From assembly GCA_000388065.2 (NCBI GenBank), contig KB932201.1: 64,000 nt of DNA; one strand, 5' to 3'. Below the pieces are notes generated by a model. The model did not search any database, was not told the origin of the DNA, and saw only the letters and a list, made by a program, of their open reading frames with translations. This document shows positions 21,703 through 34,400 of this stretch, in pieces. A program made the translations under genes and the position numbers. Source of the stretch: Fonticula alba ATCC 38817 (lineage: Eukaryota; Protista; Nucleariida). Numbering within the stretch: position 1 is the first letter of the stretch; each line of letters starts with the position of its first letter.

Positions 21703-24700
21703 TGTGTGCGCGTGCGCTCAGANNNNNNNNNNNNNNNNNNNNNNNNNNNNNNNNNNNNNNNNNNNNNNNNNNNNNNNNNNNNNNNNNNNNNNNNNNNNNN
21801 NNNNNNNNNNNNNNNNNNNNNNNNNNNNNNNNNNNNNNNNNNNNNNNNNNNNNNNNNNNNNNNNNNNNNNNNNNNNNNNNNNNNNNNNNNNNNNNNNNNN
21901 NNNNNNNNNNNNNNNNNNNNNNNNNNNNNNNNNNNNNNNNNNNNNNNNNNNNNNNNNNNNNNNNNNNNNNNNNNNNNNNNNNNNNNNNNNNNNNNNNNNN
22001 TGGGGGGGTGTGCGTGCGTGTGGATGGGGGTGTCAGAAGTGATACAGTGGCACGGGGCATGCATGGCACACATGCGGGCTGGAGGGGGGTCCTTTGTGGG
22101 AGTGGGAACAGGGAGAGGGGAAAAAGCAGCCGATGCCGGCGGATGGACGAACCATGACTGAAGTGTCGACAAGGCCGCGAACGAAGATGGCCATGTCCTC
22201 GGCCGTGGCCACCTCCGGGCCATTGACGAAGGGATGTTTCTTTGGAGGAGGGAAGATTCCCCACAGCGGGAACAAAGGACGAGCGGGGTCAGGAGATGGG
22301 GGAAGAAAAAAAAGGCAAGCGGAGCATTCCACAGGGCAGGAGCAGGGGCAAAGACCGGGAGGGAAGGGGCGAACGCACCAGGAGCTGCAGCGCCGAGGGA
22401 CGCTGCGCCGGGTCCTTCTGCAGGCAGAGCATGATGAAATCCCGCAAGTCCTCGCCATACGGGCTGAGCCAGATGGCCGGAGCCGAGTTCGAAGGATCAA
22501 CCACATTGCTGGCACTCGGGCCGCCGCCAGATGCAGATGGCGACACGGGCGACAGGGAAATCGATGGGTGATGATAGGCGTCCGGTTGGACGGGGAACAT
22601 GGGCTGCTGGTGATCCGGCACCCGGTAGGTCCGGGGGAGGTGCGGCTGCCGAGCCGGGGAAAAGGTGGACGGGATGCGCCCGCCCCCGGGAGCTGACATC
22701 GCAAAGGCCGACTGCTGCAGGAGGTCCCTGTCGGATCCCGAGGGATTCAGGAGCAGTCGACTGCTGCTGCCGACACTGCGGGAAAGGTGAAGCTGCCGAT
22801 GTGGCAGGCTGTCATCCGGGCAATCGGCAAGAGGCGCGGTCGTGTCGTCCACCGACAGTGAAAGGCCCACATGCGATCGAGGCCCGGTGCCGGGCCCAGA
22901 TGGGATGCGGATATGCTCCGAGGGAAGAGCACCGTCCTGTGCCGGGGCCGAATCGTCGCCCTGAGGCGAGTAGGAGGGTGACAGGAGCAAGCTTTGGGGA
23001 TTGGGCGCCGGGAAGCACACATGCGAATGGGTTTCCGGCAGGGTGGGGATGGAGTCATACACGATGGCGTCCAGCAGCTCCCAGAAGCCCAGTCCAACGA
23101 TGGTCGGTGCGGGCTGCTGCACCGGGACCGGCGGAGGCATGGGCGCCGAGGCGAAGACTGTGTGTTTGTTTTCCCCCACCCGAGACCGATGCAAAGAGCA
23201 AACCAGCGGCAGGGGGCAGGGGGCAGGGGCAAAGATGAGGACACCATCCGTGGATCAGGGAGTGCGCGAAGGGGACAAAGAAGAGGGGGATCAGAAGGTT
23301 GCCAAAGGGGGCCCGGCCTAAAATGACAGCAGGCCAGCCCGACATCGGGCCCATGCCCCGGCAAGGGGGAGGGAGGGGAAAAGAAAAGGGGGAGACGCAC
23401 GGAAGGAGGAGGGGTCGGCCATGATGCCCTCGCCGAGGTTCTCGCCGTAGCCATAGTCAAAGGCAAACTCCTCGCCGTGGCCGTCAAACTCACCGCCAAA
23501 CCCATCGGCGTATGGGTCGAAGTAGTTGGCATCCTCAGGGGCACCCATGTCACCGGCATACGGATCCATGTGGTGTGGCTCCAGCATGGCAGCCTGCGGG
23601 CGCTGGGTCTGCTGCTGCTGGAGCTGGTGCTGCTGGTGAAGAAGGAGGAGGTTCTGCTGGTTGGATGGATCAAGGCCCTGGAGTGGGGCAAGCGACTCGG
23701 TGGCATGGGACTCGTGGATGTGTTCCGGGACAGGCACCTCCATCATCGGGTCGGCCGGAGGGACCGGCGCATAGGGGAACCTCCCAAGGGCCAGTTCCAA
23801 GATCGACAGGCCCAAGGCCCAGATATCCGACGCAAAGGAATAGGACCGGCCCTGGATGCGCTCGGGCTGCCGGGAGGAGATGATGGGGCCATGTGAAGGC
23901 GGCGAGAGGGGGCGCGAGTGTAAGAAGGAAGGTCATGAGATGTCTGTGTGGGTGTGTGTGGGTGTGGGCATGTGTGTGTGGGCATGTGTGTGTGTCTACA
24001 CATACCGACATGTATGTGACCGTTCCGACCCAGCTGGCGCAACTGGCCATACTGGCCGCTAGAGCTCCGCTAACAACCCCAAAGTCTGCCAAGGCCACTC
24101 GACCGCGCGCGTCACACAGGACATTCGAAGGCTTGAGATCCCGATGGAGCCGGCGACGAGGCGGCGCGTGCAGGTATGCCAGCCCCTTGAGGGTCTAGAG
24201 GGGAGGACAAATGCATATCAGTAAGTGATGGAACGAGGGGGAAAGAGGGATGGATAAAAAAAACAAGGAGAGACACAGAGGGAAGAAGCCGAAGCGGGAC
24301 GTGGCCACCCGGGAGGGGGGTACACAGGCACGGGAAGGCGGAGGGGGAGGGGGGGGGGAGGGGGGGAGAAACGCACCTCGCGGGTAATGCGCCGGAGGAT
24401 CCGCTCCGGCAGGGGCCCCCCCCACCGGGCGGACAGGTCGGCCAATGAACCGCCATCCATCAGCTCCAGGGCCACATGTGCATGGCCATCTGCCACGAAG
24501 GCGCCCCAGAAGCGAACAATCTGCTCCCGGCCATCACCCGGGCCGGGGGGCGGGTATTGCGTGGCGCTGGCCGAGTCCAGGCATGTCCGGCCTCCCCCGG
24601 GGCAGGCACCAGTCGAGTCCAGATGGGACCCATGGAAGTAATCGATGGAGGAGGCGTCGTACAGGGTGCGAAGTTCGCCCAGCAAGCGGGAGGGATTCTC

Positions 24701-26196
24701 GGCTTCCTTCTCGGCGGCGGTCGGCGCCCCGGGCGCATTGCCACCCGGCCGGCCGAGGCCTCCGGACGAGCCGTCAGCCTGGGGCAGAAGCGCCGCCAGG
24801 GGAATGATCTTGATGGCCACGGGCAGGGAAACCGCGCGGACAAGGGCGCGCGTGACTCGGCCCTGCGCGCCGCGACCCAATTCGGCCAGGGGGGTTTCGG
24901 CTGCGCGAATCAGCGCCGCGGTCGGCACACGACGCGGCTACATGCGCGGCATGGCCACCGAAGGGGACACATCAACGCAGCAGGGGGTGGGTGGGGGGGG
25001 GGCAGTCAGAAAGCCGAACAAGAGGGCGGCAGGGAGCGGAGAGGGGGGAGGGGGGGGGGGGGCATAAAAAAGAGCACGCGAGCGGGCGAAAGGCGGTCCA
25101 GGCGCACCAGGCCATCCTGGCCAAGGTCATGAACCCAGGGCCCGTCATCGCCATCATCCTCCAGGGCGTCGAGGTCCTCCGGCGAGGGGACCCCACCCGG
25201 GGGTGGCACCATGGAGCCCGGGCCGAGGAGCTCACCGGATGAGGTGGACACCGAGTGGCTGGCGCAGACGGAGCTCGATGCGCCCGAGGCCAACGACTGA
25301 TCGGCAAAGGAATGCGGCGGGACTTGGCTCAAGGGGGATGAGATGTAGGCGGCCGGGGTGGCGAAGGCACTGGAGCCGGGGGCCAGGGCGGCCGCGGCGC
25401 CGGGCGGGATGCCGCTAGGCGGCGGCCCGGCAGGGCCCTGCAGCCCGGATGACAGGGCCATGCTGGAGGAGGAGGCAAGATGCAGGCCCGACCGGCTGAG
25501 GGTCAGCTCGCCGGCCCGAAGGGTGCCATCGTCATCGAGGACCACCCCGCCGCTGGTGGATCGGGAGTGGCCGCCGACCGGGGCCAGGGATCCGGATGGG
25601 CCGCCAGCCGGGCCGCCAGCCGGCGCCAGCCGGCCCAGCTCCAGGTCCAAATTGCTGGCCGACCGGGACATATCCAGGCCCAGTTGCGATTGCGATGCCA
25701 TGCCGGGCGAGGAGAAGGAAGCCCCGGGCCCCGGGGCGCCGGGGGCCGCGACACCCCCCCCGGGCGGGGGGTACACCGGGTCCGGATCGGAGGCCAGGGT
25801 CAAGCCGCTGCCCGGGCCACCGAGGGTCAGATCCAGGCTGCTGGGGCCGGCCGAGGGCGAGCCGGCAAGACTCAAGCCGGACACCGAGGCCGACAGCAGG
25901 CCATCCGGGGACAGGGACCCGGCCAGGTGGGGAGGGTGTTGGGAGGTGGCGTGGATCGGGCCACCGGTGCCCGGCCGGGGGTGGTCCGGGCTCGGGGCGC
26001 CATCCGCAAGAGTCGTCCCCTCCGGGGCGCCCCCATTGGGAAGCAGGCTAAGGGAGGACTGGGATTGGAAGGACTCGGCGCTCGATCCGCCGGAGGCGGA
26101 AGACTCGTCCGACTTGAGGTCGGTGCCGGAGGGGGATGCGGCCGCCAGTTCCGCCGCGAGGGCGGCCTTCTGGCGGCGCCGAAGGAGAATAGACAT
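20943..26196 (-). CDS. MAP kinase kinase (STE7 family); exons 26196-25108, 24937-24377, 24194-24006, 23866-23401, 23157-22379, 22239-22153, 21575-20943; about 1267 aa
   Basis: Motifs [73 protein letters not shown]|[26 protein letters not shown] and [21 protein letters not shown]|KHPFV. Splice phases are consistent. An N gap at 21723-22000 could hide a further exon. Confidence 0.9.
21577..21720. repeat. (GT)n microsatellite in the last MAP2K intron
   Basis: About 140 bp of GT run, followed by a 278-bp N gap. Confidence 0.9.
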
Positions 26197-28914
26197 TGAG
26201 GCACGAGCCCGGGCCAGAGGGGATGGCGGAGGGGATGGTCCGCCAGGAGCTGTGGGTGAAGGGGCCTCGAGTGAAGGGGCGAAACGGGGAGGGGGAGAAG
26301 GGGGAGAGAGAGAGAGAGAGGGGGGGGGGGAGGGAACAAAATGGGAGGCCAGGCGCGTGGAGCGGGTGTTGGAGGGAAGATAGTATGGAGCTTTCCCGGT
26401 GGAACACCCGGCTGGGTGGTCCCTCAGAAGGGGGCATTTCGGCGCATGGCAGGGCGGCCCCGAGGCGAGGGGCGGCCCTCGCCACGGAGGGCGTGTCTTG
26501 TGTTCCACGGACCGCAAGCGCCCCGAAGGCCCGGCGAGGGGAGGGGGCACGCAGCGGACACCTCGCTCCTCGGCGGGGTCAACCTGCTTTGACCCCCCCC
26601 CCCCCCCTCCTGGCCCCCGTCCCCTGGTGCACGCTTTCCCCGGGCCGCGGCGTCCAACGCCGAAAAGAGGGGCCCGACCAGCGAGGCCCTTACCATGGAT
26701 GGGTGCCTCGATGTGTGTGTGTGGGGAGGTCTGGGGAGCCCCTTTTGGCCATCTATTAATTACCGCCGCTCGCTCGGGGGGGGGGGGGGNNNNNNNNNNN
26801 NNNNNNNNNNNNNNNNNNNNNNNNNNNNNNNNNNNNNNNNNNNNNNNNNNNNNNNNNNNNNNNNNNNNNNNNNNNNNNNNNNNNNNNNNNNNNNGGGGGG
26901 GGGGGATCGCCGTTGCCTCGGTGGCCGGGCTCGCCAATGGCGAAGGCCAGCCTGCCCGGGCCCGCTCCGGCCCCGCAATCGCCTCGTCAACAGTGGCCGG
27001 CGGGACAGCCACCGGGCCTTCGGCGAGATCGCTGCCCCCACCGCGGGAGACCAGCCGTCAATGGCCCCCGGGGGAGGGGGGGGCCTGGCCCGGGCTGGCG
27101 CTGGTATGCTCCTCGGCCGGCCGCCGGCGCGGCGCATGTCCTTCGTTAGTCGTGCGTGGTGCCTTTTTTTTTTTTTTTTTTTTTTGCCCGACCGATGCTC
27201 TCGGACACATCTCCCCCGGTCCGTCGGGCGAAGGGGGTCTCCCATGTCAGGGCAAGCGCTGGCAGGTAGCCCGGGTCTCGGTGCGCATGCCACAGGGCGC
27301 GCGGGCCGGCCGGCCGGCCGGCCGGCTGGCCAAGAAGAAGAAGGCAGCCCGCCTCGGGGCTCCGCCGGCCGGGCCTCAGCCGGGGTATGCACTTACGTGA
27401 GAATCCTCGCCCTTCCGCGAGTGGGCAGCCGGAAGGCTGAAGACGTTTCACTTCTCACGCCGCAGCCAACGGGGCAGGGCCAGACCGAGTGCGGATGCCA
27501 CCGCCGGGCGGGAATGCTTCTCTCTGGCATCTGCCCCTTGCGGTCCTGCCCCCCCCCCCCCTCCCCCCCCTGCGAGCGCGCCATGGGAGTTATTGCTATT
27601 TCCCCGCACGCCTGCGCATGCCGCTGCAGTAAATGCTGATGTTGTTGTTGTTGTTGTTGCTGCTGCGGCTGTTGCTGCGGCTGTTGTTGTTTACTCCAGC
27701 ATCCCAGGCCTCGGGTCCACCGCCCGCCCGGGCTGAAGGCCGCGCGCTGCTATTGTCATCCCTTCACACACCCACCGGGCCTGCTGTCCGGAGGCCCGCC
27801 GGGTGCGATGCTCGGCAGAGGCCCGCACCCCCCCGGGCTGGTGAGGCACCATTGCTCCGGCCCGCCGGCCCAGGTGCATTGCTCCCACGCAGTGGCCCTC
27901 TTCGCGCCCGGGGCTTGCACTCCGCACAGCCGGGGCCTGAGGAATGCTGGAGGCCGTTTTGTAGGGAGCGCCGTGGCGCGCCCGTCGGCGCAGCGGCGCC
28001 GGCAACCGTGCCCCGGGTCCCCCCCCCCCCTCCCCCGTGTGGGCCTCATGCGCGCCGGGGCGGCCCTCCCTCGGCCCCTTGTCCGGCCCGCTGCCTGCGA
28101 AGACCGCCGTCTCATACTGGGGGATTCCGGGCCCAGGGGCTCTCAGGCGCTTGGCGGCCGCCGATGTGCCATCGCCTCCCGCCCCCCCCCCCCCCTGCCG
28201 CTCACCACCTTCTCTGCGCCCGGGGCAGGGGGTGGGGGTGGGGGGGGGGCATGTGCGACTGCCGAACACAGCGCGACCACGCACGACACCCCGGGCCTGG
28301 CCCTGGCTTGGGGCTTCCCCTCCGGAGTCCGAGAGGGTCCCTCCTTGCCGGCGTAACGCACGCACACACACACACACAGGCACGCTGAACGGGGCATCTG
28401 GCTCGGCCCTCCCCCCCCCCCCCGGCCGCACATAAGCCTACGCCGAGGCACTCCAATCGTGTGCACACACATGCACACCGGACACTTGCACGCCAGGCAG
28501 ACGCATCCAGACACAGAAATACTGGCTAGCAGCCCCTGGGAGGCTACTCCGCCTCCCGCAGCCCACCCCGGGGGGGGGGGGGGAGGGGGGCAAGCGACGC
28601 TGGACAAGAACCCCCTCAGTGCCCCTTCGAAGAATGCCGACCTTCGCGTGGCCCCTGTTGTGCTCGTTGTCGGCGCGTTCCGGCTCCGCATCCCAGGAAC
28701 ACGATAGCACCCTTTCTCCGTAGGTGCCCCCGAAGGTTAACAGATGCGCAAGCCCCACGGCGTCGCGGGCGTGCCTGTGTCTGGGCACGGCACGGCACAG
28801 CATGCTCCTGGGTGCCCGTCCCGCCCTGCCGCCCCCCCCCCCCCCCGCACCGCTCACCCACAGCCACCAGCCGCGAGCCCCGTTCCGATGACTGTGTTCC
28901 TGACTGGTTGCCCT

Positions 28915-29438
28915 AGCGGAGCGCGCGCGCGCAGGAGAGAGAGAGAGAGAGAGAGAGACACACACGCACACACATCGAGGCCGACATGTTCCAGAGTGGC
29001 CCCCGGCGCGAGGGGAGCCGAGGCTTTAGGCACCATGTGAGATGGTCGCCTCGGCCCCGTCCTGTGGGGGCGGGTTGTCGCTTAGAGGCCTCCCCCCCTC
29101 GACGCCAGCGGCCCGAATGACACATATACGTGACGTTAGCCACGCCGAGCGGGGCGACCAGTGAGGAGCCCCGGGTCGCGGGCAGGCCTGTCGCCGGCCG
29201 GGCGTTGGCACAGCATCTTCCCCCCCCCCCCCCCCCCCCCGCCGCCCCCCCCCCCCCCCGCCGCCGAGCGACACAGCAGGGTCTTGGCGAATGCTTCAAA
29301 GAACGGGGGGGCACGCAGGAAGGCCCGAGCGGAGCGCGCGCGCGCACGAGAGAGAGAGAGAGAGAGAGAGACACACACGCACACACATCGAGGCCGACAT
29401 GTTCCAGAGTGGCCCCCGGCGCGAGGGGAGCCGAGGCT
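28915..29438. repeat. Near-identical 111-bp direct repeats at 28915-29025 and 29328-29438
   Basis: agcggagcgcgcgcgcgca..(ga)n..cacacacgcacacacatcgaggccgacatgttccagagtggcccccggcgcgaggggagccgaggct occurs twice, 413 bp apart. Confidence 0.85.
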
Positions 29439-30188
29439 AGGGCCACCCTGCGTCCCCCCCAGTGCCGAGAAATATACACCCCCCCCCCCCCCCCCCCCCA
29501 CCTAGAGGCCAGTCAACTATGGTCCACTTCCGTCGCCGGCAGGCGGTGGCCAAGGTGCCGTCTGGGGCGTTCCCACCTGCAGGCCGGCCGGAAATGCGCG
29601 ATTCCGGCACAGAAGAAGCCCCCCGGCCGCTGGTCCCCAGCCGCCCGTGCGGCAGACCGAATGCCGAGGCGAGCCGCCGGTCCCCGCGTATGGGCAAGCG
29701 CGAGGCGGTCCACCCGGCGCACGGGAAAGCGCACAGGCAGCACACACACTCACGCACGCACGCACCCACGCACGCACGCACCCACGCACGCACCCACGCA
29801 CCCACGCTCACAGAGCACACAGGGCCCGGGAAGTGGCAGTGGGCCGGGGCCGGGGGAAACACCCAGTTGCCGGCCCACACACACACACCCAGGGGCCGCC
29901 GGGGGGTCGCAACGGTGAACGCGCCCCCACCCCCTTCCCCAGAGCCGGCCCCATGGGGCCTTGTGCCAACGATCCAGTCGGTGTGCCTCTCGGTGTGATC
30001 GTGCGCATGTGATCCGCCCGGGACGCCGCCCGCTCAATCGCGATCGGCCCCATTCTTCTCGCGGCCGGCCGGGCGTGCAGGTCCGGGCCCGGCGGGCCGC
30101 CCTCGGCTCCAGGCACCAGCCACTGCACCCCCACTCCAATCACCCCATCTCCCGTATTTCCGCGCCTCCTGGGTCGCCCCATCCTCTC

Positions 30189-30266
<78 letters not shown>

Positions 30267-31425
30267 NNNNNNNNNNNNNNNNNNNNNNNNNNNNNNNNNN
30301 NNNNNNNNNNNNNNNNNNNNNNNNNNNNNNNNNNNNNNNNNNNNNNNNNNNNNNNNNNNNNNNNNNNNNNNNNNNNNNNNNNNNNNNNNNNNNNNNNNNN
30401 NNNNNNNNNNNNNNNNNNNNNNNNNNNNNNNNNNNNNNNNNNNNNNNNNNNNNNNNNNNNNNNNNNNNNNNNNNNNNNNNNNNNNNNNNNNNNNNNNNNN
30501 NNNNNNNNNNNNNNNNNNNNNNNNNNNNNNNNNNNNNNNNNNNNNNNNNNNNNNNNNNNNNNNNNNNNNNNNNNNNNNNNNNNNNNNNNNNNNNNNNNNN
30601 NNNNNNNNNNNNNNNNNNNNNNNNNNNNNNNNNNNNNNNNNNNNNNNNNNNNNNNNNNNNNNNNNNNNNNNNNNNNNNNNNNNNNNNNNNNNNNNNNNNN
30701 NNNNNNNNNNNNNNNNNNNNNNNNNNNNNNNNNNNNNNNNNNNNNNNNNNNNNNNNNNNNNNNNNNNNNNNNNNNNNNNNNNNNNNNNNNNNNNNNNNNN
30801 NNNNNNNNNNNNNNNNNNNNNNNNNNNNNNNNNNNNNNNNNNNNNNNNNNNNNNNNNNNNNNNNNNNNNNNNNNNNNNNNNNNNNNNNNNNNNNNNNNNN
30901 NNNNNNNNNNNNNNNNNNNNNNNNNNNNNNNNNNNNNNNNNNNCCCCCCCCCCCCCCCCCTCTAACCTCTGCTCTCACTCCTGGCCCTCTCCGGCGGCGG
31001 CTGCCCGTGCCAGGCGTCGCCTTTGCAAAGTACGGCGGGTCCTTCCATATCATTCCCAGAGATCGGGTTGGCAGTCCGATGTGACGACCGTTGGCTCTGT
31101 AACATATCCAATACATTGGCACCCATAACCCCTCCCGCACACGCACCTCGCGCCACACTCTCCGCCCTTCCCCCTGCCCCCCCCCGTACCCAGCCCGCAG
31201 ACGCCAGACCCCTGGACACGGACAAACACCCAGCGCGCGCCGGTGCCTTTTGGCGAGGTCCCCTGCACACGGGCCTCCCCCCTGGCCGTGCCCTAGTCAC
31301 TCTCCGCCCCTCCCCCCCCTCTCCTCTGTCTCGCACCCGCCCTCCCCCGCTCCCCCCCCCCTGCTATTCCCACTTTCCCGCCCCGTGTCTCGACACCGCA
31401 CCAGCCGCCTCCCCGCAATACCACC

Positions 31426-34400
31426 ATGTCCAACGCCCCCGCTCAGTCGCCTGCCCGCGTGCTGGTCTCTGGCGCCGTGAAGGGCCGGTTCAAGACCCTC
31501 TTCGACCGGGTGGCTCAGCTTCAGCAGAAGCACCGCTTTGACTTGCTCTTCCTGACCGGCGACCCCTTCGGCGAAGATGAGGAGCAGGCCGAGCTGCAGC
31601 CCTACCTCATGGGCGAGGTGGAGAGTACGCGCCCTGTGCCGCCGGGCCTTTCCCCGTCCCCCGCCCCCCCCCCCTCCTCCCCCACCTCGTCCCTGTCTTT
31701 CGCCTCCATTTGTCCCTTCGCCCTTTCCTCCCCCGGACTCACCTGCGCCTGGCTTTGCCGCTGTCATCTCCGCTTGCTGCTGCGGCTGCTGGTGCTGCTG
31801 CGGCTGCTGCTCTCCGTGCGCCTCCGGGCATCCAGTCCCGGTGGACACATACTTCATCACCCACGGCAAGATGCCGCAGTCGGTGCTCTCACGCCTCGGC
31901 CCGCATGGGGAGCTTTGCCCGAACCTCACCTTCCTCGGTCCGGCCGGCGTGGTTACCCTGCCGAGTGGCGTCAAGGTGGCCTATGTGTCGGGCGCCTTCT
32001 TTGCCCGCCAGGCGCACCATAGCCTGCCGGCCTTCGCCCTGGATGAGGAGATGAAGGCCGCGGCCGCGGCCGCCAAGAACGTCCCCTTCACCCAGCGCGA
32101 GGTGGATGTCTTCCGTAACATTGCGGCCAACCCGGCCTTCACCGGGGTGGATGTTCTCCTGACGTCCTGCTGGCCCGGGTGCGTCCTGCCACCGGCACCC
32201 GGCCTTGATCTCCATCCTCGGTCCGCCGCTAACTGTCTGTCCCTTTCCCAGTGACTTGGCCCAGCATCTGAAGGACGCCCCGCCGGCGACCCTGCCTCCG
32301 GGGGATCTGATGGTTGGTCGTCTGGCCCGTGTGCGTCATCCACCTGCCGCCCCTCGCATGACGATGGAGTGTGTCCGGGGCGGGGGCGGGGGGGGGGGGG
32401 GGGCTCCTTTCTTGACTTCAACGCACGCACATCCCCCAGTTCCCCTCGGCTCGCCTCTTTCCCCATCGATGGCCGCACTCACACAAAAGGGACTGGGCAC
32501 CGGGTAGTGCATCCGCCCGCGCTATCATTTCGCCTCAACCTCCTTCGGCGAGCCCGTTTTCTACGAACGCCTGCCCTATCGGAATGACCGCTCTGGCGCT
32601 CCAGGCCCAGGGCAGGGCCCGAAGTCCGGCGGTCGGCAGGAGCATCGGTTCGGCCGCGGCCGGTCCGCTCCTTCGGACGCCGGCCAGCTGTCTCAGGGTC
32701 CCATGAGGCAGATCCTCCCGCAAACTGCCTGTCGCTTCTATGGCCTGGCTGACGTCGGCAACACCGCCAAATCCAAGTGGCTGGTGCGTTACTTGTGCCA
32801 CTTCTGGCTCCGTTCCTGCCCCCCCCCCCCCCCNNNNNNNNNNNNNNNNNNNNNNNNNNNNNNNNNNNNNNNNNNNNNNNNNNNNNNNNNNNNNNNNNNT
32901 GGCAGTCCGATGTGACGACCGTTGGCTCTGTAAAACTACCCATAACTTTTGCACCACAACCCCCCCCCCCACACCCCCCACCACTCCCCCCCCTCCCCCC
33001 CCCCCCCCCCCCACCCCCCCCCCCCCCCCCCCCCCCCCCTGTCCCGCTCCCGGTCCATTGCCTGGGAAGGGGCAGGCGGGCCGGGGGCCAAACGCCCAAG
33101 ACCCCGCCTCTGACTCGGCAAATGCCCGCATGCCCTTTTTGCCTGGCCTCCCTGTCGGCTTGTCAGTTTGCCTTCAACCTGCCGGCCGTCCCGGATCCCC
33201 AGCTGCCCAAGGGCACCACCAACTGCCCGTACCCGATGTTCGGCCCGGCGCCGGTGGGCTTCCCCTCACAGCCTCCCGGGGCCCTGGTGAATGACCGCCG
33301 CCGGGGTGGCGGCCCGCATGATGGCCCCTTCCATGATGGCCGGCCGCAGAAGTTTGCTCGCACCGGCGGCATGGCCCCGGCTTCGGCCCTTTCCCGGCCG
33401 GCCGACACTGGCTGTTGGTTTTGCTTGTCGAATCCGGGCGCGGAGAAGGTGCGTCCTCCTTGACCGCCGGGGGGGGGGGGGGGGGGGGGGCCCCCCCCCC
33501 TTTTTGCCCTTCCCTCAGGACGCCTCCCCGCCCCTCGGACCTTGCTGCCTCGTATCTTACCCATGGTGCTTTTTTTTTCGGCCTCCCGCGACGTTCCTCC
33601 CGCCAGCACCTTGTCATTTCCCTCGGTGAGCTGGCCTACGTGGCCCTTGCCAAGGGCGCGCTCCAGGCCGATCACATTCTCCTCACCCCCATGAGCCACA
33701 GCGGATGTTTGAACCTCCAGGCGGCCGACGGCGCAGAGGGCGCCGACAGCGAGTCGGGCATTAGCCTCTCGACGGCCATCGAAATCGAGAAGTACAAGGT
33801 GCGCCATGGTGATTTGGTGTTCCTTCGACGGCAATCGCCGCCGTCGTCCATGCTGCTCCATGCTTTCAGGCGCAGGCGAAATCCTGCTCTGTCTTCTTCT
33901 TCCTTTGTGCCTCCTTGCCGTCCCCACCCCCCCTCCCCCATGCCTTCGCCGGACTCTCTTGGATGCGCCTCTTCGCTAACCGCCTGGCTGGGGACCACAC
34001 AGGACGCCATCCGCCGGGCATTTGCCAAGGCTCGCAAGCGTGCCTTCTTCTTCGAGGTGATTATCCCTCGGCCGAGCCACTCTGGTCCGGAGCCCTCGCG
34101 CTTTGTTCACGCGCACATCCAGGCCGTCCCGGTTCCGGCCTCCAAGTGCGACGATGTCATGTCCATCCTCTCCAGCGAGGTACCCTCTCTCTCTCTCTTT
34201 TCCCTCTCTCTCTCTCTGCTTCTCCGTGCACCTGGCCTTTTTCGCCCGTTCCCCTAAAGAGGGAGGACGAAAAACATACCGCTGTGTGCTGCTCACCAAG
34301 CTGCCCTGCCTTTTCCCCGGTTCACCCGTGCGGCAATCGTGCCAAAAAAAAAACACCCGGAAACTAGATCGAGCGCATCTCCGGTGCACAGCTTGAGCGG

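Noticed and set aside
30190-30960. Very long poly-Pro/poly-Gly ORFs spanning poly-C runs and N gaps
   Set aside because: These are homopolymer and gap artefacts.
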